In this document: positions 36,667-51,151 of the stretch, piece after piece | Numbering within the stretch: position 1 is the first letter of the stretch | Layout: every line of letters starts with the position of its first letter | Notes under the pieces: model-generated | Databases searched by the model: none | Told to the model about the DNA's origin: nothing | What the model saw: only the letters and a program-made list of their open reading frames with translations | Origin: Octopus bimaculoides | Lineage: Eukaryota | Direction of reading: 5' to 3' | Length of the DNA stretch: 62,392 nt | Assembly: GCF_001194135.2 (NCBI RefSeq) | Contig: NC_068981.1 | Coordinates: forward strand, 74,564,456 to 74,626,847 | Program-made: the position numbers and the translations under genes

Positions 36667-37548
36667 NNNNNNNNNNNNNNNNNNNNNNNNNNNNNNNNNN
36701 NNNNNNNNNNNNNNNNNNNNNNNNNNNNNNNNNNNNNNNNNNNNNNNNNNNNNNNNNNNNNNNNNNNNNNNNNNNNNNNNNNNNNNNNNNNNNNNNNNNN
36801 NNNNNNNNNNNNNNNNNNNNNNNNNNNNNNNNNNNNNNNNNNNNNNNNNNNNNNNNNNNNNNNNNNNNNNNNNNNNNNNNNNNNNNNNNNNNNNNNNNNN
36901 NNNNNNNNNNNNNNNNNNNNNNNNNNNNNNNNNNNNNNNNNNNNNNNNNNNNNNNNNNNNNNNNNNNNNNNNNNNNNNNNNNNNNNNNNNNNNNNNNNNN
37001 NNNNNNNNNNNNNNNNNNNNNNNNNNNNNNNNNNNNNNNNNNNNNNNNNNNNNNNNNNNNNNNNNNNNNNNNNNNNNNNNNNNNNNNNNNNNNNNNNNNN
37101 NNNNNNNNNNNNNNNNNNNNNNNNNNNNNNNNNNNNNNNNNNNNNNNNNNNNNNNNNNNNNNNNNNNNNNNNNNNNNNNNNNNNNNNNNNNNNNNNNNNN
37201 NNNNNNNNNNNNNNNNNNNNNNNNNNNNNNNNNNNNNNNNNNNNNNNNNNNNNNNNNNNNNNNNNNNNNNNNNNNNNNNNNNNNNNNNNNNNNNNNNNNN
37301 NNNNNNNNNNNNNNNNNNNNNNNNNNNNNNNNNNNNNNNNNNNNNNNNNNNNNNNNNNNNNNNNNNNNNNNNNNNNNNNNNNNNNNNNNNNNNNNNNNNN
37401 NNNNNNNNNNNNNNNNNNNNNNNNNNNNNNNNNNNNNNNNNNNNNNNNNNNNNNNNNNNNNNNNNNNNNNNNNNNNNNNNNNNNNNNNNNNNNNNNNNNN
37501 NNNNNNNNNNNNNNNNNNNNNNNNNNNNNNNNNNNNNNNNNNNNNNNN

Positions 37549-37818
37549 AGATCGTTGCCAGTGCCCCTGGACTGGCTTGTGCGGGTGGCACATAAAAGAC
37601 ACCATTTCGAGCGTGGCCGTTTTCGTGCGGGTGACACGTAAAAGCACCCACTACACTCTGAGTGGTTGGCGTTAGGATGGGCATCCAGCTGTAGAAACTC
37701 TGCCAAATTAGATTGGAGCCTGGTGTTGCCATCCGGTTTCACCAGTCCTCAGTCAAATCGTCCAACCCATGCTAGCATGGAAAGCGGACGTTAAACGATG
37801 ATGATGATGATGGTGATG
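37549..37818 (+). mobile_element. Family C 3' end (5' part lost in gap)
   Basis: Near-identical to 7305-7585. Confidence 0.85.
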
Positions 37819-38370
37819 ATATATATAAACCAATGTATACACGGGTGTTTCTGACACATTCTGTTTTTATGTGTATGCAATTGTGAGTACATGTGTACGT
37901 GTATATATGTGTGCATATACATGTAAGACTAATTGTGTTTATGTATGTGTATACATATACACACACATATTGTACACACGAGAGAGAGAAAGAGAAAGAT
38001 TGTGTGTGTGTATAACTTTCACCAGTTTAATTACTCTTAATTATTCTTGATAACATTTGCCATTAGCCAGATTCTCAGTTGATGGCATTTACAGTTTTTA
38101 GTACTTTCAATTCTAGGTTTCTGTGCTATTTTACTGTCGATTTTATTGTTGTTATTGTTACTTAATCCTTTGTTCCTTTTTGTTTTGCTTCTGTCGTTAA
38201 AATTTTTCTCAGTTGTTCATTTTTATGATGTTAAGTTTATCAGTTTAAGTTCAGTAAGCCGGCATTGTCTGACTAGTAAGGTTACTAGAATCCTGACTGA
38301 AAAGGCTGTAAGTTCAAACTCTCTTAGGCCTAGTGATTATATAACTAAAATTCATTTTCAGCAATCATAT

Positions 38371-38820
38371 TTAACCCTTTTATCATATAAACCAACCATA
38401 CCCGACCGAAATATTCTGCCTGTTTTATGTTCAAACCAGCTAGATCTGTCCTCTCCCACCTACATTACAATATCCTTCTAAAAATAAACTGTCAGATCAT
38501 CAAAATCTCAAAGCTACAAGATAATGCATGATTATTTCAAAACTGAATAAACAAGCATTACATTAGATAGAATAATCTGTATACTGAATGGTTAAAAAGT
38601 TACAGCTAGTTAACCCTTTAGCATTTAAACCAGCCATATCTGCCCCAGATATTCTGTCTGTTTTCTATTCAAATCAGCCAGATCTGGTCTCTCACTCCTA
38701 CCCTACAATATCATTCTAAAAATATACAATCATGTCATCGAAATGTGGAAGTTATGAGATAATGCATCAATGTGCTTAAGTAAGTATTACATTTAACTGA
38801 GTAATTTGAATGCTAAAGGA
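38371..38820 (-). mobile_element. Two head-to-tail piggyBac-like MITEs (38371-38595 and 38610-38820)
   Basis: The second copy starts TTAA-CCCTTTAGCATT and ends AATGCTAAAGGA (11/12 inverted match). The first copy is bounded by TTAA on both sides. A further copy lies at 43678-43888. Confidence 0.7.
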
Positions 38821-39015
38821 ATAGGTTAGTTGTCAGAATATTATTAGACTAATTATTGGTTTAGGCTCTGCTAATTTTTATATAATTTCTAAATAAGATG
38901 TTTGCTAAAGATACTTAACTCTTGCTGGTTCAATGTTTCAAAAGGTAAATAATAAACCAGGCATAGGAAATATGCTTTTGAGAAATGAGCCACATGAGAC
39001 ATGGTTAGGCTGGAC

Positions 39016-39208
39016 TACTCTTTTACTTGTTTCAGTCATTTGACTGTGGCCATGCTGGAGCACCGCCTTTTTTAATCGAGCGAATCGACCCCAGGACTTA
39101 TTCTTTGTAAGCCTAGTACTTATTCTATCAGTCTCTTTTGCCGAACTGCTAATGTTACGGGGACGTAAACACACCAGCATCGGTTGTCAAGCGATGTTGG
39201 GGGCACAG

Positions 39209-39249
<41 letters not shown>

Positions 39250-39419
39250 TATATACGACGGGCTTCTTTCAGTTTCCGTCTACCAAATCCACTCACAAGG
39301 CTTTGGTTGGACCGAGGCTATAGTAGGAGACGTTTCCCCAAGGTGCCACGCAGTGGGACTGAACCCGGAACCATGTGGATCGTAAGCATGCTACTTACTA
39401 CACAGCCACTCCTACGCCT
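39016..39419 (-). mobile_element. SINE family A, full length (tRNA head, CCTTGGGCAAGTGTCTT CORE-like body, central microsatellite, tail 1)
   Basis: On the minus strand: AGGCGTAGGAGTGGCTGTG...GTTCAGTCCCACTGCGTGGCACCTTGGG...CCAAAGCCTTGTGAGTGGATTTGGTAGACGGAAACTGAAAGAAGCCCGTCG-(TA/TG)n-...GACTGAAACAAGTAAAAGAGTA. Resembles the octopus CORE-type SINE (OR2-like; name from recall, unverified). Confidence 0.85.
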
Positions 39420-41783
39420 ATACTGTAAATATTTGTGGTAATTTTTATTAGATATACCATTCAGAATGTCTTGCAGGCTGTGGTTTGTCCACAATTTATA
39501 TAAACCATTGCTTTCCTTCTCTCCTTTTCTTTGGTCACTTGAGCAATTGTACATGCCTAAGCTTATTAAGTATGCTTTCAACTTGACTCTTANNNNNNNN
39601 NNTTCTGTTCTTATTGTGCCTTCTATTCTCCTTTTTGGTCTACATTTTTAGGCTGTATACTCTTTATGTTTACTCCGTACAAGGCCCCCCCCCACCCAAT
39701 GAACCCTTATTCCCTATTTACCATACTGGCTTTCACTACACTTCTCTAGTGTTGGTACTACAAAAAAGTGCATCTGGATCATTCTGTAAAATGGTGAGTG
39801 ATAAAAAGAGCATCCAGTTGTAGAAACGAAGCCTGATTACTCATAAATGTTAATGAGAGTGGTGGCTCCCTATAAGAAATGACTGAGACAATAATTATCC
39901 ATTAAACCCATACCAGCATGGAAAGCAGGTGTAAAATGATACTGATAGGTTCATATTACCACTGTGAGGATTTCGTTTCATAATATTCATACTATTTAAG
40001 TATCCCATGTGGCTGAGTTTAGGTAGAAGCATTTATAACATGACCTTGTTTAATCACTTGCTTACGTGTCAAGGTAAATGTATTTTGAATGAATGAATGT
40101 TACAAAAATTTCAATGGAAGAAGACACAGTTATAAGTAGCATGTTTCCATATTTAATTTGAAAGTTTGAGTTTGCACAACTTTTCAACACTTCCATGAGT
40201 TTCAGCTCTCCTATATTTTATGGAGCTGTGATCCAGAAGTAGGTTGAAGTGTTGGAGAACCCCCTTTAGGAACATAAAGTTTTTCTTTTCTTTCTTTTTC
40301 TTTTAGTTCAGTTGTATTGAAAGGAAAAAATATTCTCCTCTTCCTCATCATTTTATACTTGCTTTTCTATTCTGGTTTAGGCTAGGCAAGTTTACTGATG
40401 GAATATTTATTTTACAAGATGCCCTTCCTATCACCAATGCTTTTAGTGGCCTCTTATGGCATGCAGGAATAAGGGGTACCTATTCTAAAACCAGGTTACA
40501 AATGGCAAATGTGTGTATGTGTGTATTGAGAACATGCCAATCATTTATATTATATAAAATATTATACGGTAAGAAAAAAAAGCACCCAGTACATACTGTA
40601 ATGTGATTAGCATTAGAGAGAGCATCCAATAGTAGAAACCATTCCAAAGCAGACATTGGAGCTTGATGCAGTTCTTAACCCATTTGATCCTATCAAATAG
40701 TCCAACTCATGCGAGCATGAAATATAGATATTAAGTGATAAGGATGATGGTGAATCTTATTGTGTAAATAGGCACAAAATAACACAAGCTTAATATTTCA
40801 GAAAATCCATTCTATTTTTGCTAGCTGGCAGAATTGTTAACACACTGGGTCAAATGCTTAGCGGCATTTTGTCTGTCTTCACATTCTGAGTTCAAATTCC
40901 ACCGAGGTCATCTTTGTCTTTCATCCTTTTGGAGTCAATAAAATAAGAACTATTTGAGTACTGGGGTTGATGCAGTCGACTTACCCCAGCCCCAAAATTA
41001 TTGACCTTGTGCCAAAATTTGAAATCACTATTTTATAATGTCAGTAGATATGATTTTATACCATGAAGTATACGGTTCATTGAACTGAAACCCTGTCAAT
41101 GCTAAAATGATGTGGAATATTTTAGTTATATTTGAATGGGTGATCTCAGTTGGCTGAAAATGTTTAAGGAAAAGCATTAGCGTTTTTTTAAGGCATGCGC
41201 TGGGGAGGAAAATCTGTGCTTCCTTGCTNNNNNNNNNNNNNNNNNNNNNNNNNNNNNNNNNNNNNNNNNNNNNNNNNNNNNNNNNNNNNNNNNNNNNNNN
41301 NNNNGTTACCAATGCCTGTTTTGTTTTAGATAATCTGGAGCCAGATAGAATTTCTTTAGTTCCGGTCCTCAGGCAATATTATGCGTACATATTTATGAGA
41401 TCTGTTATGCATATCTTCTTTTTTGTGCATAGGGCATATAGCATTTAATATGGTAATTTCTTTCTTGGCAACTTGAAAGCATTTTTGAAAAGTTATTGTG
41501 ATATTTATTTTAAATTTCCTGCTCAAATGGTAGAAAGCCAGATGTTTTACTAAATTAACAATCCCCCCCAACCAGTTCCTTTTTTTTTTTGTAGTTAAAC
41601 TTTTGGTGGACAAAGTTTGCAATTTGGTTTTGAAACCAAGTAAGAACAGCTTCCCTTACAATGCTAATTTCTATATTAGAAAACCTGGTTGTGGCTTTCC
41701 TTACAATTTAAAGAATGAGGCCAACAAACAATTTTAATTCACCATTCTATGTTGACTTGTACAACAAAGCCTTAATTTCCGAT

Positions 41784-41821
<38 letters not shown>

Positions 41822-44676
41822 AAGAGAGAGAGACTAGTGGTAGTTACTACTCTGCTAGGTATATCTCCACGTCCTTTCTCTTTCTCTGCTCTCATCTCTA
41901 AGTCGACAGGCATTTGATTTTCATAAAAAATGTTGCATATCTGTTCCTTAATTTAAGTTGAAAAATAAAAGTAATTTTTTTCCCCCTCTGATCTGCATGA
42001 AAAGTCTTGCTGAAACAGAATCATGTATCACTGTTACATAATATCTGGTGCATTTAAAAAAAAATTACTAAATAGATGTAGACTTAAAGATACATTACAC
42101 CGAATAGCTATAAAATTTATTTCCTAGGCATTACAGTTCTTCAGAGATAACCATTGCAAATAATTTTTGTCATTTTTATTCTTTTGTTATGTTTGATTTT
42201 CAATCTAGCCAATGAAAACACACACACACATCTAGGGTTGTTTTCAATTATTACTTCTGTTTTTTTGTTCTTGAATTCCATCACTGCCATCTTTATCCCC
42301 TCCTAACAAGTCTGACTCACCTCTATGTAATGTATGCTAGCCATATATCCCCTCTGTGCAAGATACTTATGCGTGTCCCTCTATCATACCTTAGCCTTGG
42401 CATAAAGCCTCATCCCTGCCCTTGAATGCTCACTTAGTAGTGGGAGCTTATTTCTTTTCTCTTGTTCTCTTTCTGCCTTGCAATTTAATTGGTAACCTTA
42501 CTAGTGCTGGTGGCATGAACAAAAAAATGCACCCACTACACACTTTAAGGTAGCTGGTGTTAAGAAGGGCATCTAGCCATAGAACCCATACCAAAGCTGA
42601 CATTGGAGCTAAGCATAGCCTTGTACCCTGTAGCTTTCTGAATCCTGCCAAACCATCCAACTCATGCCAGCATGGAAAACAGACATAAAATGATGAGGAT
42701 GACAATGTTCTTTATCATTTAACCTCTTAAATTCATTCAGCTCTCTGTCAGTAAGCTGGCGAAATCATTTATGTACTGGACAAAATGTTTAGTGGTATTT
42801 ATTTTAGCTCTTTGCATTCTGAGTTCAAGAGGTCCACTTTGCTTTTCATTCTTATGGAGTTAGTTGATAAAATAGAGAACCAGTAAAGTACTGGGGTTGA
42901 AAAAATTAACTATCCCCATTTTCTCTAAAATCACTGGCATTGTACCAAAAATTTGAAGTGATTATTGCGTTTATGGTATTTTTCTTGAATTTTCATGTGT
43001 TTGCTTAGCAGTATGTCTGTTAGTTATATTGCTGGAAAAAAAATTGAAGGCAATTTTGTTTGCATTTATGGGAAAATATTCAATGCCTAAACAAATATAA
43101 TATTCATGTTTTCTTCATCTCTCCTGCTGTTTTGTTTAAACAATTTAAACAATAAAAACATTTCACTAAATTTGGGATTAAAATAACACTTTGAAAACAT
43201 TCTTGAAAAATCATGGAAATAATTATTGTTTAGATAACTTTTTATAATTTGGTTCTTAAATTCCTACAGAATTATTATTTCCTCCCTTTTTTTCTTAAAT
43301 TCTATTTTTCAATTTAATATAGCTATTAATAAAAAAAATCCCCAAAACTCTTAACCACTGGAAAATTCTATTCTTGGTCAGCTTACTGCTTACACTCCAC
43401 ATCACATCAACACTTCAAGAAGTTTTTATAATAAAACTTGTGCATGTTTATACATATGTAGTTCTGTAAATTTAAGTATTTGTCTGTCTAAATTCAAATT
43501 GAATATGATTTCCTTTGATGTCTCATTCTGTTTGATGACTTAGTCATAAAGTGGGAATGGTAACTATTTTGTAATAAATTAGTCAGCAGAATAATATCCT
43601 TTGTTTGAAGCTGTGAAACAGTGTCTTTGCTAATCTGTTTCCTTGTTTGCTTTAGTTATCTGTGGATATCAACATACTTAACTCTTTAGCATTTAAACTG
43701 GCCATATCCAGTCAAAATGTTCTATCGTTTTTTATGATCATATCTACCCTCTCACACCTATTCTATAACATCATTGTAAAAATAGTTACATATTCAAAAC
43801 CTTGAAGCTATGAGATAATGTATGATTAATTCAAATAATGTAAACAAATTACATTTGTTAGAGTAATATGAATATGAATGAGTGTTAAGAGACCATTTGC
43901 TGGCTTTTAGAATGGTACTTGGTTTCTATTTCTTAAAATTGTTTCTTTCTGAAGTCATAGTATCACCTAGTGAACAGTTAATACAAGGGAGATAATCATT
44001 TCTTCATAATATTTGGCAGGATTAAAAGTTTGAAATTGAAATTAAAGAATAAGAAAAAGGATGCATAGAATACACATAAAGAATTTTCCTTTGTGCTCAT
44101 ATCTTGAAGTTCTTTAAATTTTGTATCAGTGGTAATCTTATATGGCACTATTTCATTTTTGTTTTCGAAATCATAAACTGAGACATATTAAGCATTTTAC
44201 ATTTTTTGCTCGAAGTTTATATATGTATATGTGTGTGTACTTATTCACTCACATATACATACACAAGTGTTTTTGTGTGTGATTATATGTATATCTTGTA
44301 TCATACTTCAGATGTAAGAGTCAATATGGACATCCCCAAATATTAATGAAATGTCTTACTCCTCTTCTTTATTAATGTGAAAAAGGAAAATTTGTATTCC
44401 TGTAATTCTTTTAATTTTATTATGATGCTAGACACATTTAAAATGTTCTAAACCCTCCCTTTTTATTAAATGTGCAATTCATTCACTCCCTTTCAACCCC
44501 TACAAGGCCCCTTTGTAACTTCAGGTAGGAGTCTAGCCAGTCCACCCCATATGAGAAATACTGCTCCTACTTTTTGCTTTCTATGAATTTGTGTTCTAAT
44601 CACTGTCTTCCTCTGGCTGTTAATTCTAAACCAGTTCTTAAGGTTTAGATTGAAAATCCAGAAAATCCAGCTTCTT

Positions 44677-45095
44677 AGGTGCAGGCTGTTTGGTTAAAAA
44701 ACTTGCTTTGCAACCACATGGTTTCACTATGCCAGCATAGAAAATGGATGTTAAATGATGATGAGTACCCTGGGCAAATGTCTTCTGCTACAGCCCTGAG
44801 CTGACCAATGTATTGTGAGTGTGTTTGACACAGAGAAACTGTGTGGAATGCCATCTTGTATACATGCATGTATGTCTTTGATTCTGGGTTTGTCTCCACC
44901 ACTGTTTGACAACTGGTGTCAGTTTAGTTACACCCTTGTTACTTACTGGTTCACAAAAGACACCAGTGTAATAAGTATTAGTTCTTGAACAGAATAAGTT
45001 ATTGAGGCTGATTTATTTGACTGAAACCCTTCAAGGCAATGCCCCAGGATGGGCTGCAGACCAATGGTTGAAACAAGTAAAAACTAAAAGATAGA
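44677..45095 (+). mobile_element. SINE family A, full length, with a short GAT-tail fragment inserted in the head
   Basis: Head and tail-1 homology. The insert CATGCCAGCATAGAAAATGGATGTTAAATGATGATGA is at about 44728-44764. Confidence 0.75.
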
Positions 45096-45498
45096 AGAGT
45101 CCCTTTATTGAGAATTTTTAATTTTGACTGGCCATCTTGTATACTAACATGGGAAAAAATGGTTGTAAAAACAGGTAAACAAATTAATTTAATGACTGAA
45201 TGATCGATGTTTTGTATCACTGCACTGATGCAGCTTTGTGACTCTAGTGAAGATACTTAACTTTTAAATAGCTGTAATTAGATGATATCAAGTGATGCAA
45301 CTTATGTAGTGTTGCAGTAGGAGCATTGCATAATTGTCTCATTTGCTGCTATTGCTGAATTTCCATTGACTTTCTTGCTGAGGGATTGGCTCTACAAACT
45401 AAATGACATGCCCTAAATACACTTTATCTTCTAGCAAACAGATAATGTTAAATTTGAAAAACAAAAAAAAAAATTTTTAATTCTCATTCTTTTCCACG

Positions 45499-45537
<39 letters not shown>

Positions 45538-46366
45538 CATGGGTGTGTGTGTTTGTTAAAGAAATTCTCAAATGCTACAAACAATATCATATATCTTATT
45601 CCCATTAAATAGCAATTGAGAAAATTTTATTCAGAAGGGTGCGTAATATTTAATTAAAAAAAAAATGACAGATGCATTGCTGCATTTTCTATGTACTTTC
45701 TGTAAGTGCAAGTGAAACCACTACTCCTTTCATCACTCTTTTATTAACTAGCTCACAACTGAGATATAGTTTTATTTAACATAACTGCTATATCAACAGT
45801 TTAATTTACACTATAGTTAAAATATTTCATCATAATTTCTATTAATTTTTTCCCTTTCCTTCTGGACCTTTTTCATAAGTTCATTGATAGTGGAATTACT
45901 GTAATCAGAACACGAGGAAGTGTTATCTGTTAACTCTGCTTTAAACAGCTGTGAATTTGAATGTCTATAAATGAAAAAGACAGTGGAGTGCCTCTGTAAA
46001 CTTAGACGCCTTTTAAAAATTAGTGTATAGGTTTGATTCATTTTGCATGAGGCAAGATTTCTTCTTGGATAGTATGCCACCAAATTACCTAGAAATTATA
46101 ACCATATTGCAGTTTGATGGGTCTGATTGGTGTAAGGACTGAATCATGCTTCAGTGTCTGCTTTGGCATGGGTTGTATGGGTGGATGCTCTTTCGAATGC
46201 AAACCACTTTATAGCTTGTACTACATGCATTTTCCATGCTACTAACGCTAGTGAGGTTGCCACACAGTTTGCAGACTATGAATCGCAAATTATAAACTTT
46301 ATGCTAGGAATAAAGAGGAATAAAGTATGAGAGAACAGGTTTCTTGCTATAGAAGAGCTACATGGC

Positions 46367-46403
<37 letters not shown>

Positions 46404-46681
46404 TTAGGGAAAAGAACCAAGGTTCATGAACTCATCGATGAAAATCCACTGTCACATATAGAAAAATTAATAAGTAAAAGCACAATAAATAATATAATAN
46501 NNNNNNNNNNNNNNNNNNNNNNNNNNNNNNNNNNNNNNNNNNNNNNNNNNNNNNNNNNNNNNNNNNNNNNNNNNNNNNNNNNNNNNNNNNNNNNNNNNNN
46601 NNNNNNNNNNNNNNNNNNNNNNNNNNNNNNNNNNNNNNNNNNNNNNNNNNNNNNNNNNNNNNNNNNNNNNNNNNNNNNNNN

Positions 46682-46729
<48 letters not shown>

Positions 46730-46949
46730 TTCATGTTATACTAAGAAGCAGTTCACAGTACCAGAATTTTTGATTCAAATCAAATATATCAAACTACTCC
46801 AAATTGTTGTTAGAGTAACCACATAAGTGGCATCTAGACTGGCTAGTTTGTTCTGGCATTGTCTATTTACATAAATATTCATGAGTCTATATATTCATCC
46901 TCCTAAATTAGTAGCCAACTGACTGCTCTATACATATTTATATATCATC

Positions 46950-47400
46950 ATCATCATTTAGCATCTGCTATCTATGCTGGCATGGGTTGGACGGTTTGAC
47001 TGAAAACTGGTAAATTAGGGAGCTGTACCCGGTTCCAATCTGATCTGGCATGGTTGGATGACCTTCTTAACACCAACCACTCCAAGAGTGTAATGGGTGC
47101 AGTTTATGTGTTACCAACATGGATGCCGGTTATGTAACACCGGCATCAGCCATGACTACAATCTCACTTTGCTTGACAGGTCCTCGCAAGCACAGTACAT
47201 TGCTAAGGACCTCAGTCACTTATCATTGCCTCTGTGAGGCCCCAATGTTTGAAGGGTGCTTTTTACATAACACCGGCATCGGCCAGGACAACAGTTTCAC
47301 CTGACTTGATGGGTCCTCTCAAGCATCACATATTGCCAAAGGTCTCTCTCACTTGTTATTGCCTCTGCGAGGCCCAACATTCAAAGACCATCCTTCAGTA
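46950..47400 (-). mobile_element. Family C variant with internal tandem duplication of about 130 bp
   Basis: Family C tail followed by two units, each beginning TAACACCGGCATC and ending GAGGCCCAA (about 47135-47245 and 47268-47378). Confidence 0.7.
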
Positions 47401-47478
47401 CCTTGTCTCATGTCTTCCTGGGGCTACTTGTCCCACAAGTTCCCTCCACAATTTGAGATTGGCACTTGTATGTATGTA

Positions 47479-47522
<44 letters not shown>

Positions 47523-48173
47523 TTGTTTCATATTTTGAAATGTTTTGATTAAGGAAGGTCTTATGTAATGGATGCATTTCTTATGATATATCAATGCAGA
47601 CCTGAAATGTACATATTAAAGGATTTCAAAATGTCACTATTTGGTTTGACCTCATTATCACAAAACGTATGTGTGTGTATTAAAAAGTTACTAAAATATA
47701 AGTTTTGCAAGTGGCTATAATCTTGAAAACAAATAAAAAGCAAAAAATGAATTTTCCTGATATAAACTGTTACAGTTTTACAATTAAACTTATTTCAGCT
47801 GCGAACTAAGAATGGTAAACATACAATCATTCATATAATCTTTGTTAATAGAAAATCTTTGCTAATTTTTTTCTTTTTTTCTTTTTGCTTAGTGTAAAGG
47901 CCATTATATGTTAGGGAAAGAGGGAATGGGAATGCTTGTTTTTCATAGATTTCCCATGGGTATGAGTTGCATAAATATAGTGAAATATCACAAATCAGGT
48001 ATCAAAATTACTTAGCGGAATTTTTCTTTCTTTTTTTTCTTTCATAGTGGTACTCATTGCTATCTCTTGTTGTATATCTACATTGCTATATCTACATTTT
48101 GAATTTGCTGGCTTTTGATGTTTCAGTTTATTATATTCCAGTGACCTCCTCCTCCTCCTTCTCCTTCTACTAT

Positions 48174-48208
<35 letters not shown>

Positions 48209-49746
48209 AGAAAACAGCTGTTAATAAATAACTGGAATATACAGTGGGTGATAGATTCTTCATGACATTTTCTACATATTTATTCTCTTCCCGTATCAGT
48301 GAAGGAGATATTTTTCTCTTTCTTTCTATCATTCTTTTCTTCCCCAGATTGAACTTTTTTACATTTGGCAACTTGGAAATATGTTTACTAAACATGCTGG
48401 GTCAATTATCTCTNNNNNNNNNNNNNNNNNNNNNNNNNNNNNNNNNNNNNNNNNNNNNNNNNNNNNAAACTTACTTGAAAATTAGCTAAGTATTATTCAA
48501 TAGGACAATTGACAGAAACAATAAAAAAGGATTATTTATAAGTTCATATAGATTCTAAGATAGAATTCCCCTGTTTTAGAATTGTAATCACATTGCCATG
48601 TGGCTCTTCTGATGCAATATTTTAAATTAAAATTCAGTCTTGATAGCAATAGAATTTTAAACTTCCTTTCGGTTTATAACATATATTACACATGTAAGAA
48701 AAATAATATAAAGAACCTTTTTTAACTCTTTACACCTGTTATTTCTAACTCTTGTCTGCTTATAAATACTCTTGCTTTTGTTGCTGCTTTTCAATGCAAT
48801 TAATGCTGTGAAAGATATACATTGCAGACAATGTATATCTTGATATGTCACCACAGTGATTATTATTTTATCATCATGCTACTAAGATCATCTTAATTTC
48901 ATTGTTGAAAGATCTACTGCTTAAAACATGTAGTCCTTAATTTGTCATGCTGATGATTTCTAAAAAGAATGAAATGGTGCTATACATGATTATCACGGCC
49001 TAAAATTTTTAAGGACTAGGTAATATGTAAGCAATAAAAAAAAAAAAAAAGAAATTAAATATCTGTATTCTATGCATCTCTTTCTTTAGTCCCTAATTTC
49101 CAATTTTAACTTTTAGTCCCACCAAATATTATCAAGAAATGATTATCTCCCTTGTATTAACTGTCTTCTGGGAGACGCAATGTATATAACTAAAAGTTGC
49201 TTTGCTTTTAAACAGTCTGTAAATCATCATCATCTTCTTCACTAATTAAAATTTTTTTCGTTCTGTCATTGATACATAGTGTTCACGATACAAGAATATT
49301 GTTTATCTGTATGTCTCAGAAATGAATTGAATACAACTTAGGTCATACTGTTTTGTGTTTGTGTCTTCAACCATATTAATCTACACTTCCAACAGTTTTA
49401 TCAACTTAAATCTAAACTCTGCATGTAGTTTTACCTGAAAGAAGAACAAAACATAGTTGTTCAGAAAAATGAATTATATTTCCAATAATGTTATTCTGTC
49501 TTGTTTCAGTGCTATATATACTATAAAATTCCTATATTTTTCACCTTTTTCTTTTGTCTATAAACAATATGTGTACCTGCTGCTTGTGCAAAGATTCTTC
49601 TATTGTATTTTACAAGATAATGGCAATAAACTAAGTTAAACTGGTAACATTTCAAATCCAACATCAAGATTATGCCATTGAAAAATGTTTCATTTTGTCA
49701 TTTGAAAATGTTGTTTTGTCTCTCTTTGTTGCCTTTTTGTTACATA

Positions 49747-49812
<66 letters not shown>

Positions 49813-51151
49813 GCTTGTTGTTGTTGTGGTAGTAGTAGTAGTAGTAGTTTCTGAGTAGATAAAGTGGACTGTATTAAGCTTTTGGACAGAAGTTATGAGG
49901 TCATGCTCTACTTTGGTTCTGTGAAATTGGCTATTTTCTCTCAAGCTATGTCCGAATGAAAACCCTCACAAATTCACTACATATGCCATACCTCATCATA
50001 TCTCATAGGGATGATACCTCATTTTTTTTTTTTTTGTTAGTTTAGGAAGGAAGAAAGGTTTGTACTATCCCTGCAACATTTGCAGGCCCATCAAGATTGA
50101 TGAGATCAAAGTATATTCTGAGGGTAAAGAGAAAGCTTAGTCTTTATAAAGTATGAAGTAAACACCTCCTCATCTATATATTACAACCACTGACCCTACA
50201 AACACACTTTTGTATCCTATTGAAACTACAAAGCTTCTGCTTTGCTGAATTAGTTGAGTGGACATGAAATGATGATGAGGATGATGGTGATGATGTATAC
50301 TACCTTCAAATAATTAACATTCTGGATGAAAGAATTGTGGAAGAAACCTGGGTGGTAAAGTAGTAGGGGTGATGAGAAGAAAAAATATGGATGTTGGATA
50401 GGCTTCAGTGGAAGAATTTTAATAAATCAGGAATTTATGTTGTATGGCATTTAAGGCTGCTACCCTTGGTGAAGAGGATTGGATTGGAAGAGTCCTGTGC
50501 CGGTGCCGCATAAAAAGCACTCATGTTAGTGCCATGTAAAAAGCACCTTGCACACTCTGTAAAGTGGATGGTGTTAGGATGGGCATCCAACTGTAGAAAC
50601 CATGTTAAAACAGACATGAAACCTGGGTAGCTCTTCAGTTGGCCAATCCTGGTCAAACTGTCCAACCCATGCCAGCATGGACAACAGATATTAAATGATG
50701 ATGATGATGTAGTCATGTTCAAATACATGCCACTGGCCACTCAGAGTTATTTCTTTTAGTTCATCATCATCATCATCATCATTGTTTAACGTCCGCTTTC
50801 CATGCTAGCATGGGTTGGACGATAAATTATACAAATTACCAAGGCTATGTATGTATTCTACTCTTTTTGTTTATGTCCGAGTCCCTTGACTATTGGAAAT
50901 AATGTTAGACAGATGATGATCTGATGATGCCTGTGAAGCAGAAACACATGTCCATGATTGTCCTCTTATCTCTTGGTAATAACCTTTTGTCAGTACCACC
51001 AAATATCTCTCTAGTGTTTATAAAATAAGTTGAAGTATTGTGTTTAAATCATTAGACTAACCTAACTCCTTTGATTATTGATTTTTTTAAAAAATAGTGT
51101 AGGAAACCAATTCTTATTAATCTTTTCTTTTATCTTTTATTTTTTCCAAAG

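Larger units (their letters stand above)
9820..51151 (+). other. 41,332-bp GT-AG phase-0 intron of the laminin gamma gene
   Basis: GT at 9820 and AG at 51150-51151. The flanking exon translations are colinear (VLQ|DFVTAT), so no constitutive exon is missing. Confidence 0.9.

Noticed and set aside
36409-37742. Long ORFs (350-416 aa) here and at 16144-16978 and 52280-53593
   Set aside because: They consist of N-runs and microsatellite translations.
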